This document shows positions 19,990 through 30,158 of a stretch of 34,087 nucleotides of DNA, piece after piece (the first letter of the stretch is position 1; each line of letters begins with the position of its first letter). Location of the stretch: sequence record SRR31156797_4600. One strand, 5' to 3'. Under the pieces are notes generated by a model, which did no database searches, was not told where the DNA came from, and was given only the letters and a program-made list of their open reading frames with translations. The position numbers were made by a program, and so were the translations under genes.

Positions 19990-22398
19990 ATGAGACACAT
20001 ATATTTTTTGCTCTTTTTTACTATTACGGGGTTGTTAATTCAAGCTCAGCAACTCACCGTAAAGGATAACGTTACATTACAACCGCTTGAATATGTAACC
20101 ATTTTCAGTTTATCCAAAAATGCTTCGGCCATGACGAATATCCATGGTCAGGTAGATATCGCAGACTTTAAAGATGCCAATGATATAAAAATCAGGTTGG
20201 TGGGTTACCAGCCAAAACAAAAAACCTTTGATCAACTGAAAGAATTGGGGTTTGCTATTAACCTCGATCCGTCTCAGGTGCACCTCGATGAAGTTGTTGT
20301 GTCGGCCAGCCGATGGGAACAGGAAAGTGCTGATGTTCCTAATAAAATCACCTCAATTACTTCTGCACAGGTTTCGCTACAAAATCCACAAACGGCTGCT
20401 GATTTACTTGGAAGTTCTGGTGGGGTGTTTATCCAAAAATCTCAAATGGGTGGTGGTAGTCCTATGATCAGAGGGTTTGCGGCCAACAGGGTGTTAATTA
20501 CAGTGGACGGCGTAAGGATGAATAATGCCATCTTCAGAAGTGGCAACCTCCAGAATGTCATCTCGGTTGATCCATTATCATTGCGAACTACTGAGGTGGT
20601 TTTCGGACCCGGAGCTGTGATATACGGTAGTGACGCCATCGGCGGCGTGATGAATTTTTACACGTTGCGGCCTTACCTGGCACCCAACGGAAAACCACTT
20701 GTTAAAGCGAATGCACTGGTGCGCTATGCCAGCACAAACCAGGAAAAAACCGGGCATGTGGATTTTAATATCGGACTGAAAAAGTGGGCTTTTGCCACGA
20801 GTATCTCCTATTCCGATTATGACGACCTGAAGATGGGAAGCCACGGCCCTGACGATTATCTGCGCCCGGAATATGTTGAACGGATCAATGGTGTGGATTC
20901 TATTGTTCAGAATAATGACCCGGAAGTACAGGTACCTACGGGTTTTAATATGTTGAACCTGATGCAGAAAGTAAGGTTTCGGCCAAATGACGGCTGGGAT
21001 TTCACCTATGGTTTTCACTATTCAACAACATCCGATTACCCAAGGTACGACAGATTGATCAGGTACCGCAACGGCAAACCGCGTTCGGCCCAATGGTACT
21101 ATGGCCCACAGGTTTGGATGATGAACAGTATGCAGATTTCGGGAAATGCCGGCAATGGTATTTACGACCGTTTTAGCATTACGGCTGCCCATCAATATTT
21201 TGAAGAAAGTCGTCATGACAGGGGTTACCAGGATGTTATATTAACCAATCGTACCGAAAAAGTCAATGTGATTTCGGTAAATTCAGATTTCGAAAAGCGA
21301 TTGGATAAAAAACAGAAGCTGTACTACGGTGCCGAAATACAGCTCAACAATGTCGCTTCGGCAGGATATACTGAAAATATTGAAACCGAAGATGAAAGTA
21401 TCGCTCCGTCACGCTATCCGGATGGATCTACCTGGAACTCGTTTGCGCTGTATACATCATACCTCAATAAAATCAACGATAAATTGACTTTTCAGGGAGG
21501 GTTGCGCTACAACCTTGTTATGTTAAGTGCTGATTTTGATACCACATTTTATCCATTTCCATTCACGAGAACCAACCTTTCCAATGGAGCTTTAACCGGG
21601 AGTGCAGGCATCAACTACAGGCCGGCAGAAGATTGGCTGTTGAAATTCAATCTGTCAAGTGGTTTCAGGGCACCAAATATTGATGATGTAGGAAAAGTTT
21701 TTGATTCGGAACCCGGAACTGTAATTGTGCCCAACCCGGGTTTAAAACCCGAGTATGCCTGGAGTGGCGAACTGGGCATAAGCCGAAGGGTACAGGAATT
21801 TTTTGAAATTGATATTTCTGTATTTTACACCATTCTTGAAGATGCCATGGTTCGCCGGGATTATGTTTTGAACGGTCAGGACAGCATTATATATGATGGG
21901 GAAATGAGCAGGGTGCAGGCCATACAAAATGCGGCAAATGCATGGGTTTATGGATTTCAGGCAGATGTGGAAGCCGACTTGTTTGCAGGATTTGGTTTGC
22001 GTGCAAACCTGAGTTATCAAAAAGGGGAAGAGGAACTGGAAGATGGTTCTGTGGCACCCATGCGTCATGTAGCACCAATGTTTGGCGGACTGCACTTGTC
22101 GTGGACCGGAAAACGGATGCAAGCTGAGTTTTATGGTGTTTTTAACAATGAAATCTCCTACAATAACCTTGCACCATCCGAGCAGGGAAAGGATTACCTA
22201 TATGCATTGGATAATAACGGGAACCCTTATTCACCGCACTGGTATACACTTAACTTTAAATTCCTTTTCCAGGCCACGGAAAATATTCAGGTAAATCTGG
22301 GGCTCGAAAATATCACCAACCAACGATACCGTCCTTATTCATCAGGTATTGCTGCTGCAGGAAGGAATTTTATTGCTTCGCTGAAGTTTAGCCTGTAG
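19990..22398 (+). CDS. TonB-dependent outer-membrane receptor (heme/iron/cobalamin-receptor-like; substrate unknown)
   Basis: Signal peptide; N-terminal extension domain; LDEVVVSASR; plug SPMIRGF...LITVDGVRMN...EVVFGPGAVIYGSDAIGGVMNF; FRAP...NPGLKPE; C-terminal ENITNQRY...GRNFIASLKFSL. Confidence 0.93.
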   Translation: MRHIYFLLFFTITGLLIQAQQLTVKDNVTLQPLEYVTIFSLSKNASAMTNIHGQVDIADFKDANDIKIRLVGYQPKQKTFDQLKELGFAINLDPSQVHLDEVVVSASRWEQESADVPNKITSITSAQVSLQNPQTAADLLGSSGGVFIQKSQMGGGSPMIRGFAANRVLITVDGVRMNNAIFRSGNLQNVISVDPLSLRTTEVVFGPGAVIYGSDAIGGVMNFYTLRPYLAPNGKPLVKANALVRYASTNQEKTGHVDFNIGLKKWAFATSISYSDYDDLKMGSHGPDDYLRPEYVERINGVDSIVQNNDPEVQVPTGFNMLNLMQKVRFRPNDGWDFTYGFHYSTTSDYPRYDRLIRYRNGKPRSAQWYYGPQVWMMNSMQISGNAGNGIYDRFSITAAHQYFEESRHDRGYQDVILTNRTEKVNVISVNSDFEKRLDKKQKLYYGAEIQLNNVASAGYTENIETEDESIAPSRYPDGSTWNSFALYTSYLNKINDKLTFQGGLRYNLVMLSADFDTTFYPFPFTRTNLSNGALTGSAGINYRPAEDWLLKFNLSSGFRAPNIDDVGKVFDSEPGTVIVPNPGLKPEYAWSGELGISRRVQEFFEIDISVFYTILEDAMVRRDYVLNGQDSIIYDGEMSRVQAIQNAANAWVYGFQADVEADLFAGFGLRANLSYQKGEEELEDGSVAPMRHVAPMFGGLHLSWTGKRMQAEFYGVFNNEISYNNLAPSEQGKDYLYALDNNGNPYSPHWYTLNFKFLFQATENIQVNLGLENITNQRYRPYSSGIAAAGRNFIASLKFSL

Positions 22399-22427
22399 CA
22401 TAAAAAGTTTAAGAAACTAATGGGAAC

Positions 22428-22456
22428 AGACCTGATCAGGATCGTGTCTTTTTTTT
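22428..22456 (+). terminator. Possible weak terminator after the TonB receptor
   Basis: Imperfect AGAC..GAT-cagg-ATC..GTCT stem followed by an 8-T run, in a convergent gap. Confidence 0.4.
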
Positions 22457-22490
22457 CTTTCGTATCCGGAAGTTTCAGACCCGGAATTTA

Positions 22491-25400
22491 TCAATCCCTG
22501 TAGATCCTTACGGTTTGATTAACAAACGCAGAGCTGCTTTTCGGAAAATCAACCCGGTAGGTATACACGTTTTTTTCCTGTTTGATCAATTCTGCTTTTT
22601 CAACTTTTACAGGTGGTTTTCCCAGAATGTAAACTGAAAATGTTTCGCGGGCTTCCGGTTTTCCTTCAAACTGGATTTCATAAACCTTTTCATCCAGCTT
22701 ATCATTAATAATTCTGAACCCATTTGATTCCCAGCCTGGTTTTGGGTTGTTATAAACAGGGAGTACTTCAATGCCTCCTTCAACAATAAGCTCTATTTCT
22801 GCTTTATCCCGTAATTCAAATGAAAACTCAGGCAGGTTTTGCCGGCCGGGCCGCTGCAGTTTGCCATTTAATGATTTAGTAATCAGTTGCATGCCTTTTG
22901 GGAGCTGTGGCCTGAAATCGAGGTTTACCGGTTCACCGGATTCATTTTTGAAAGTATAGGTAATCTTATCACCATCCCGTTTTTGATGGAAGATGATGTT
23001 GTGATTCCCGGTTTTAATGTTAGAAACTTTCACATTGTCCCAATGTGCCGGGAAAGCAGGGGAGAGGCTGAGCTTATTTTTTAAAGCTTCAGGTTTCATC
23101 CCTAACATTCCTTCCAACGTAGGTTGCAGGGCCATGGTTTGCGACCAGCATTGGTGATGGCAAACTCCGGCGGGTTTATATGTCGCCCCGTGCATTACTT
23201 CTTCCAAATAGCCAAGTGCCCAGTCGTCATAAACCATCATGTTGTTCATAATATGAGAAAACCCCTGGTTATGTCTTCCGGCCTGATATTCTGCCAAAGC
23301 AACCCAGCCCGTATAAAGCGGCCACACGCTACCCGTGTGATAGCCAACCGGATTAAAAGTCGGGCTACTGGATGGGATAATCCTTGCTCCCCAGTCGGAG
23401 GTATAATTGTTTGTAGCATATTTCCAGGTTACTGCCTGTAGCCGGGAAGAATCGATTTCACCAAACAAAACCGGAATGGCAGGCATGATGGAGGGTTCAC
23501 TGATGAATGATTTGTTCTGCCTGATACCATGGTAATAGTCTCCGTTTGTAGAATTCCAGTATTTGCTATTGATGATTTCCTTGACTTTTTTATAATCATC
23601 ATGATATTTGTGGGCGAATATATGATAATCCGTATTTTGGAACAGCAGAGATGCCTTCTCCAGTGCTTCGGCCCAGCAGGCAGCCAGATAGAGTGAAGTA
23701 TGCGATCCAAAAAGGCCGCCACCTTCCACCCAGCCATGCCCAACGTTGGTGTTCTCAATCAGGCCATCATTATCGGTGTCGGTGGAGTACATAAAATCCA
23801 TGGCAGCTTTCAGATGGGGGAAGCTTTTACGGATGAACGCCGTATCACCGGAATGTTGCAGGTATCTGCCGGCAAGAATTACATAAAGTGGGGTGGCATC
23901 AGAAGCATCGTAATGAACAAACCCACTGGTGCTGAGTTCGTGTAAAATTTTTCCGTTCAAATCCTGGAAATTTTGCAGCAATTGCAGGATGGATTTCACC
24001 TTTTCGAAATCACCATACTGCAGAAATGCGAAAGCACTCCAAACCGCATCGCGCCCAAAGTACCAGGAATATCCGGGCCTTCCGTTAATTTCATGTTCCC
24101 CGTTCCAGCCTTTGGCGGTTGTGCCATATCCGGCAACGATGGATTTTCCTATTCCGGGAGTATGCACAAAAAACCGGTCTGATCCGGCAACTGCCCACTG
24201 ATAGGCCAGATTGAAAATGGAATCCGGAGTGGTGATCTTTAAAAAATCATTGGCAACCTTTTCCTGATGGTTTGTTGCCATCTGGTAGATTTTTTCAGGG
24301 TTGTTTCTGGCCTGGTCATATCCTGACAATGCTTTTTCGGTGCCATCATTACCTCCAGCAAAAATCACATCCACATTATCGTTCATTTCCAGGTTAATTT
24401 TTGCCATGGCTGAAACCAGGTACTCATCCGTTGGTTTTGCGCTCCAAATACTATCAGGGCATGCAAAGGAATCATACCTGCCAACTGGATTGTAAATCTT
24501 TTTGATAGCCGGAAGCAAAGGCGTCCCACTGAAATATACCGGCCGGGTCTCTTTATTAAACCCTAAAATGGTGGTAAATTCACCCGATGGATCGGTAATG
24601 ACAAATGCATTGAGGCCTTCATGAAAATCATACTTCATGCCACCCAAAACTTTGTGAGAGTAAGGCCACATAATACGTTGGTTGGTTTTAAACCGGACGA
24701 AAAGTTCGGCAGGATAAACACCACGATATTCGTAATGGATTACACCCTGAGGGTGCTTTGGTGAAACTGTGATAATCTCTTCCAGAAATGCACGCCTGAA
24801 TTGGTATAGCCGGATGAATGATTCCGGACTTGCAGTAATCATGGGCCTTTCATCATGTAGCCAGAATATAGTGTCGTCATAAGAAAACCTGATCCCAACT
24901 TCATAATCGCGAAAAGCCATAAACGGATGAGCCCAAACCTCTTCGATTCCACCTGTCTGTTTTCCCATAACAAGAAGTCGCTCACCTGCCACATCCCAGT
25001 AATTTTCGGATGCAAATCTTTTTTCCAGTGCAAGTTCTGATGGGCTGGTTTGCCAGTCGTGAGGTGGTTTGTAATGTTGCATCGACGGAACAAACTTGAT
25101 CTCTTCTGCATTGAATGTTTCAAAAACAGGAGGATTGTAATTCCAGTACCATGCTTGTTGATTTTTTGATTCACCGGCAAGATAGGTCATACAATTCAGC
25201 GTAAATCTTTCGAGGTGCTGCCTGTTGACGTTGTACAATTCACCCGGGTGGGCATTACTTTTCGATGGTAATTCAAAATACATATAGGCCCCTACCGCCA
25301 GCACTTTGCCTTTCCCCAAATTGTATTCAAGGATGAGCTTTTTGTTTTCACGCAGAAAGATATAATCCCAATCTGTTGCCACAACTTTTCCATTTTGCGG

Positions 25401-25949
25401 AACATGGTCTTCGATATAACCAAAATTTCTTACCGGCACATCACCTGAAGGTTTTATAACATAAGCTCCACCATTCAGTCCGTAGAAAACCGGATGATCC
25501 CTGAATGCATGAAACCCCAGCATTCGTCCATAACCATTATCCGTGGCTTTTTTTTGAAGAAGCCTGGGTTTTTCTTCCTCCAGCCCCATGAGGTTGATCA
25601 TTGCAAAGGCCTCTCGCGAAAGCAACAATCCACCACCTTCTTCCACAAAAGCTTTAAGGTTAGCGATTGCTTCTTCATCAAAAAAAGTAGCCAAATCAAC
25701 TGTTGAATCTGAAATGTGCAACCACACCATATCATATCTGCTGAGTTTCTTCAGATTTTTCAGCTGCCTGGGTTTGAGATGCCTGCCTTCAAGAAAATCG
25801 TTTTTCGAAATAAATCTAAAGGCTGAAGCTATGGCCGGTTCTGACTTCGAAGGCTTTTCGGGAGCATAAAAGCCAAGCCTGATATTTTGGGCTGCGATGT
25901 GAGAAATCACAAAAAATGAAATGAAAACCAGGAGTGTGAACTTCTTCAT
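22491..25949 (-). CDS. Secreted multidomain glycoside hydrolase with (alpha/alpha)6 barrel (amylo-alpha-1,6-glucosidase/GDE_C-like) and N-terminal class I GATase-like domain
   Basis: Signal peptide; AGYG...WYFGRDAVW, DASDATPLY, DTDNDGL, YHTGSVWP, GYLEEV, QCWSQ motifs; N-terminal FVEEGGGLLLS and DHPVFYGL. Confidence 0.8.
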   Translation of the reverse strand: MKKFTLLVFISFFVISHIAAQNIRLGFYAPEKPSKSEPAIASAFRFISKNDFLEGRHLKPRQLKNLKKLSRYDMVWLHISDSTVDLATFFDEEAIANLKAFVEEGGGLLLSREAFAMINLMGLEEEKPRLLQKKATDNGYGRMLGFHAFRDHPVFYGLNGGAYVIKPSGDVPVRNFGYIEDHVPQNGKVVATDWDYIFLRENKKLILEYNLGKGKVLAVGAYMYFELPSKSNAHPGELYNVNRQHLERFTLNCMTYLAGESKNQQAWYWNYNPPVFETFNAEEIKFVPSMQHYKPPHDWQTSPSELALEKRFASENYWDVAGERLLVMGKQTGGIEEVWAHPFMAFRDYEVGIRFSYDDTIFWLHDERPMITASPESFIRLYQFRRAFLEEIITVSPKHPQGVIHYEYRGVYPAELFVRFKTNQRIMWPYSHKVLGGMKYDFHEGLNAFVITDPSGEFTTILGFNKETRPVYFSGTPLLPAIKKIYNPVGRYDSFACPDSIWSAKPTDEYLVSAMAKINLEMNDNVDVIFAGGNDGTEKALSGYDQARNNPEKIYQMATNHQEKVANDFLKITTPDSIFNLAYQWAVAGSDRFFVHTPGIGKSIVAGYGTTAKGWNGEHEINGRPGYSWYFGRDAVWSAFAFLQYGDFEKVKSILQLLQNFQDLNGKILHELSTSGFVHYDASDATPLYVILAGRYLQHSGDTAFIRKSFPHLKAAMDFMYSTDTDNDGLIENTNVGHGWVEGGGLFGSHTSLYLAACWAEALEKASLLFQNTDYHIFAHKYHDDYKKVKEIINSKYWNSTNGDYYHGIRQNKSFISEPSIMPAIPVLFGEIDSSRLQAVTWKYATNNYTSDWGARIIPSSSPTFNPVGYHTGSVWPLYTGWVALAEYQAGRHNQGFSHIMNNMMVYDDWALGYLEEVMHGATYKPAGVCHHQCWSQTMALQPTLEGMLGMKPEALKNKLSLSPAFPAHWDNVKVSNIKTGNHNIIFHQKRDGDKITYTFKNESGEPVNLDFRPQLPKGMQLITKSLNGKLQRPGRQNLPEFSFELRDKAEIELIVEGGIEVLPVYNNPKPGWESNGFRIINDKLDEKVYEIQFEGKPEARETFSVYILGKPPVKVEKAELIKQEKNVYTYRVDFPKSSSAFVNQTVRIYRD

Positions 25950-25975
25950 GAAATAAGTATTGGAATTTTGACAAA

Positions 25976-25983
25976 CAAACTTA
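25976..25983 (-). promoter_or_regulatory. Putative sigma-A -7 element for the glycoside hydrolase
   Basis: Minus strand TAAGTTTG, 26 nt before the ATG. Confidence 0.55.
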
Positions 25984-26033
25984 GCAAAAGAAAAGTAAAA
26001 GTACTTCTAAGGGTATGGTGGTAATTAAAATTC

Positions 26034-26690
26034 TCAAGTAAACATTTTTTGGATTGTACTGATTTTTATTTCTGTGAAATCTTCAATTGAAAGATATTCA
26101 GCAGGAAGTTCCGCTTTTTGATGTGTGCTTGCCACAGTAATGAGTTTCATGTTTGCTTTTATTGCAGCCTCAACTCCTGCAAAGGAGTCTTCAAATACAA
26201 GGCATTTTTCAGGCGGGTATCCCAGTTTTTTGGCCGCAAGCAATAATATATTTGGATCGGGCTTGCTACGTTTTACCTCTTCGGCGCTGGTAAAGTGCTG
26301 AAAATACTTTTTTGTACCTGTTTCTTCCAGTGTAAATTCCACATTTATTGCCGGAGCAGAACTGGCCACACACATGGGCATATTCTGCTTAGATGCTTTG
26401 GTAAGAAACTCCGGAAGGCCGTTTGTTGGAGTTAGTTTGCCTTTAGCCAGTTTTCGGTAAAGTGCCTCCTTCTCATCAATCAGGGTGGTAAGTTCTTCGG
26501 CTGAAATGTCGCGGTTTAGCAGGATTTTAAAAGTTTCCTTGTTGGATCGTCCAAATAGTTTCCGCCTGAACAGCTCTGATGTAATCCTGATGTTATGTTT
26601 TTCGCAATATGCAAACCAGGCTTTTTCATGCAGATCGCTTGTATCGGCAACTACACCGTCCATGTCGAATATAATGGCAAGATTCTTCAT
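26034..26690 (-). CDS. HAD-superfamily phosphatase (beta-phosphoglucomutase/CbbY-like, subfamily IA)
   Basis: Motif I IIFDMDGV, motif II VASS, KPDP, motif IV VFEDSFAG. Confidence 0.92.
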   Translation of the reverse strand: MKNLAIIFDMDGVVADTSDLHEKAWFAYCEKHNIRITSELFRRKLFGRSNKETFKILLNRDISAEELTTLIDEKEALYRKLAKGKLTPTNGLPEFLTKASKQNMPMCVASSAPAINVEFTLEETGTKKYFQHFTSAEEVKRSKPDPNILLLAAKKLGYPPEKCLVFEDSFAGVEAAIKANMKLITVASTHQKAELPAEYLSIEDFTEIKISTIQKMFT

Positions 26691-26756
26691 TGAATGCTGT
26701 ATTTCTAAAGATTGGATAGTTTTGATTCAGGCTTTTTAATACCTCGGTATTTGTAT

Positions 26757-29180
26757 TTATTTTTCTGGTAAACTAAAGGTGAATTTGCTGCCAACGTTTT
26801 CGCGACTTTCGATGGACAGTTTGCCTTGGTTTCGCTCCACAAAATCCTTACACAGCAGTAGTCCAAGCCCTGTACCTTTTTCGTTGGCCGTACCTTTTTT
26901 CTTGATATTATTTGAGACGTCAAATAATCTGTCAAGGGTTTTTTGCGACATACCCACACCATTGTCAGATACTGAACATTCAACAAAACCATTGTTGGTG
27001 ACGGCACTAAAAGTTATTTCACCTCCTTCATTCGTGAACTTTATAGCATTGGAAACCAGGTTTCTGATAATGGTCCTTAGCATGTTTTCATCTGCAAGAA
27101 CAGAGGTGTTTTTAGGAATTTTGTTATCAATAGTGATCTTTTTAAGCCCGGCATTTTTTTCCTGGAGTTGTAAAGTTTGTTTAACAATCTGCTGCAGATC
27201 GATCTTTATAGGCTTAAACTTCATATTTTGTGAACTTTTGCGGGTCCAGTCGAGCAGGTTTTCGAGCAAGGCAAAAATTTCTTCTGCATTATTTCTGACT
27301 ATTTCGATAAATTGTTTTCTTTCTTCTTCCGAAAAATCATCGTATTCGTCATGCAGCAGGTTCGAAAAACCGATTAGCGAATTAAACGGGCTCTTCAGAT
27401 CGTGCGCTATGATTGAGTAAAGACGGTCTTTGGTTTCGTTGGTTTCGATAAGTTTTTGTTCATTTTCTTTAAGTTCACGGGTACGTTCATTCACACGTTT
27501 CTCAAGTTTTTTTGTCGTTCTTATTCTGTTGATCAACAATGTGGCTATCAGAATCAGTATCATTAAAATGAGGGCAGAGATAATGAGTAACTGTTTTTTT
27601 TGTATTTCTGACCTTTGGGCTTCGAGTTTGGTAAGTTCCAGTTGCTGATTGTGTATTTTAACTTCCCGGGCAAGCTTATTGGTGTAAAGTCCAACCAGCA
27701 ACCGCGAAAGATTAACTTTTGTTTTTTCATTTGTTTCCTCTGATAAAGGAATATACTTGTTAAAAAATTCATGAGCCACCTTATGATTTCCGGCCATTTC
27801 AGATTGATTAATTGCATATTTGTAATACCTGAGCAGCAATTGATCCACGTTAACCTGTTTGGCATATTCAACCCCCTCCAGTAGTTCTTTCTGGATTGCC
27901 TGTAAATTACCGGCGGCCATATAGCATGATGACAGGTTTATATGGTTTTGTGCAATACCATATTTGTTTTCAATTTTACGGTTTATTTCGAGTGCCTTAT
28001 TGTAGTTAGAGATTGCGGACTTATAATTTTTTCTTTGCTCATACACAAGCCCTAACTCGTTAAGCAGTTCGGCAACAATATATTTCGAGTTCTCATCCTG
28101 GTAATGGTCCAAAGATCGTCTGAAAGCAAATTCTGCACTATCCAGATTGTTTGTTAAATAAAAAACCCTTCCCCGGTGTTTATTTGTTAAGGCAATTTTA
28201 CCTTCATGGTTAATTTCATGGGCTATGCGTGCAGCAGAATCAAGATATTGCAGGGCAGTAGCATCATCGCCAACATTGAAATATATTTCTCCCATATTCA
28301 CATAATACTGGCACAGATAATTCTTGGTACCCCTGTCACCTTTAACATATTCAAGTTCCTGGTAGGCATTAAAAAAAAGTTCATATGCACTGGCAAAATC
28401 TCCTGTTTTTAGGTATAATTCTCCAAGTGCCTGCTGCGAACCGATTTTGCCTGCAATGCTCCTGGAATTTTCATAATGACTGATTGAGCTTTTCAGGTAA
28501 TCTTTGGCATCATCAAAATCGCCCAGCTTCATTTTACAGTATCCCGTCCAGTATTCCACCCATGCAATGTTACTTTCACCTTCAGATTCGTTTGCTATTT
28601 TTAATGATCTGAGAAAATAATCAACTGCTTTACTGTTTTCATCATGCATACACATTGCCTTCCCGAGTTGAAGGTTTGCCCTGAAAATCTGAAATGAATT
28701 GTCTTTGTTCTTAAAATACTGATATGCAGAGTCAATATAAAGTATAGCACTGTCGAACTGGTTAAGGAAGGTATAGTTATCACCAATTCTGAATTGTTCA
28801 ATGGCCATGCAGGATGAATCGTCAAGTTTTCGGCAGAACTTAAGGGTTTCGAAATTATAGGATAACCCAAGCCGGTAATTAACCTGGTATTTTTGAATAC
28901 TTGCCAAAATTCTGTATGCAGTAACCATATCCGGGTATGATTCATTAAGCTCAGCAAGCTTTAGGTATTGCCTGGCGTAGCTTGTAGCCAGATTGGAAAG
29001 GGTGTCTGTATAAAATCTTGCAAGCTTTTCCAACACCTCCATGCGCTCATAGCCTGAAACGTCCTCAAGCTGATTTTTAAGCCTGAGAATTCTCTCCGGC
29101 TCAGTTTTCTGTGCACGGGCAACTATCCCTGAAATCAGGAAGAATAAAAAGAGTATTCTGAAGATGTTGTTTCTTTTCAA
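26757..29180 (-). CDS. TPR-repeat sensor histidine kinase
   Basis: TTG start, signal peptide, many TPR-like helices, one TM (LLIISALILMILILIATLLI), HisKA IIAHDLKSPF, N box RNLVSNAIKFT, G1 DNGVGM, G2 GTGLGL. Confidence 0.93.
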   Translation of the reverse strand: MKRNNIFRILFLFFLISGIVARAQKTEPERILRLKNQLEDVSGYERMEVLEKLARFYTDTLSNLATSYARQYLKLAELNESYPDMVTAYRILASIQKYQVNYRLGLSYNFETLKFCRKLDDSSCMAIEQFRIGDNYTFLNQFDSAILYIDSAYQYFKNKDNSFQIFRANLQLGKAMCMHDENSKAVDYFLRSLKIANESEGESNIAWVEYWTGYCKMKLGDFDDAKDYLKSSISHYENSRSIAGKIGSQQALGELYLKTGDFASAYELFFNAYQELEYVKGDRGTKNYLCQYYVNMGEIYFNVGDDATALQYLDSAARIAHEINHEGKIALTNKHRGRVFYLTNNLDSAEFAFRRSLDHYQDENSKYIVAELLNELGLVYEQRKNYKSAISNYNKALEINRKIENKYGIAQNHINLSSCYMAAGNLQAIQKELLEGVEYAKQVNVDQLLLRYYKYAINQSEMAGNHKVAHEFFNKYIPLSEETNEKTKVNLSRLLVGLYTNKLAREVKIHNQQLELTKLEAQRSEIQKKQLLIISALILMILILIATLLINRIRTTKKLEKRVNERTRELKENEQKLIETNETKDRLYSIIAHDLKSPFNSLIGFSNLLHDEYDDFSEEERKQFIEIVRNNAEEIFALLENLLDWTRKSSQNMKFKPIKIDLQQIVKQTLQLQEKNAGLKKITIDNKIPKNTSVLADENMLRTIIRNLVSNAIKFTNEGGEITFSAVTNNGFVECSVSDNGVGMSQKTLDRLFDVSNNIKKKGTANEKGTGLGLLLCKDFVERNQGKLSIESRENVGSKFTFSLPEK

Positions 29181-29203
29181 GGCTTACTAAATTAGGCTTC
29201 CAA

Positions 29204-29211
29204 CAAAGTTA
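29204..29211 (-). promoter_or_regulatory. Putative sigma-A -7 element for the histidine kinase
   Basis: Minus strand TAACTTTG, 23 nt before the TTG start. Confidence 0.55.
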
Positions 29212-29253
29212 AAATTTATGATCGATATGATGATAATAATTGGACTGGAATAA

Positions 29254-30132
29254 TTAAAATCCAAACTGAACGAACACATCTTCATTGGCAATCAAAACGA
29301 TTGCTATGATGGCCAGAAAGATGCCAATCCAGTTTATTTTGGTGAGTTTTTCCCTGAAGACGATGAATCCTGTGAGCGATGCAAGTGCTACAACACCAAT
29401 ATTATACACTGGCATAAAAAGTGAAACTTCAAACACATCAAGTCCTTTCAAAACAAACAAGGTAGAATACCAGTTGAGTAAGCCCAGTATGATTCCTGCG
29501 ATGATGTTTTTAAGTGCAATTTTTTTCTTGTCTTTAATGGATCGAAATACAAAAACGATCAAACCAAAAAAAAGCGCAAACCCAAATGATGTAGCCAGAA
29601 ATGGAACAAAATCATCTGTAAGGTAGAAATGTTCAGCAATTTTCATCAGTGAGTCATTTATGCCGACGGCCATAAATAATAACACGGGCAGGAAAATGTA
29701 ATTCTTGTTCACCTTTATGTTTTTATCCTTTTTTGATGTAAGGTAGAAAGCAATGAGGCCAATAATTATCCCTATAATTTTAACGATACCTGATGAGTCG
29801 CTGAATAATAAAAATCCAAGAACAACTGGAATGGCTACCGACATCCTGCTGGATATGGCAGTGATGGCAACTCCGGCTTTTTGTGCTGAATGTGCGAACA
29901 AATTAAAAGCAATGATGAGCGAAAGTCCCATCACAACTGAAAAGTAGAACCATGCTTGATCCAGCAGGCCGATAAGGTTAAAGCTGCCAGGCTCACTTGC
30001 AAACCCAAAACCTGAAGCAACAAAATAATTCACCGTAATTGCCTGCACGACACTGATCCTGAAGCTGTTGAAAATTTTAAAGGTGATGATGACCAGCGTA
30101 GAAAGCAGGATTGAAAAAATGAGATAGAACAT
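29254..30132 (-). CDS. DMT/EamA-family 10-TM transporter
   Basis: 292 aa, about 10 hydrophobic segments in two repeats, C-terminal FREKLTKINWIGIFLA. Confidence 0.85.
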   Translation of the reverse strand: MFYLIFSILLSTLVIITFKIFNSFRISVVQAITVNYFVASGFGFASEPGSFNLIGLLDQAWFYFSVVMGLSLIIAFNLFAHSAQKAGVAITAISSRMSVAIPVVLGFLLFSDSSGIVKIIGIIIGLIAFYLTSKKDKNIKVNKNYIFLPVLLFMAVGINDSLMKIAEHFYLTDDFVPFLATSFGFALFFGLIVFVFRSIKDKKKIALKNIIAGIILGLLNWYSTLFVLKGLDVFEVSLFMPVYNIGVVALASLTGFIVFREKLTKINWIGIFLAIIAIVLIANEDVFVQFGF

Positions 30133-30158
30133 GGTTTATTTTTAAGGCACAGGTTAGT

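Noticed and set aside
26705-27007. 100-aa alternative-frame ORF at the kinase 3' end (possible frameshift product)
   Set aside because: The kinase is complete in its own frame, ending after the G2 box; the alternative frame has no motif
26779-27420. 213-aa plus-strand ORF
   Set aside because: Antisense shadow of the conserved kinase catalytic domain
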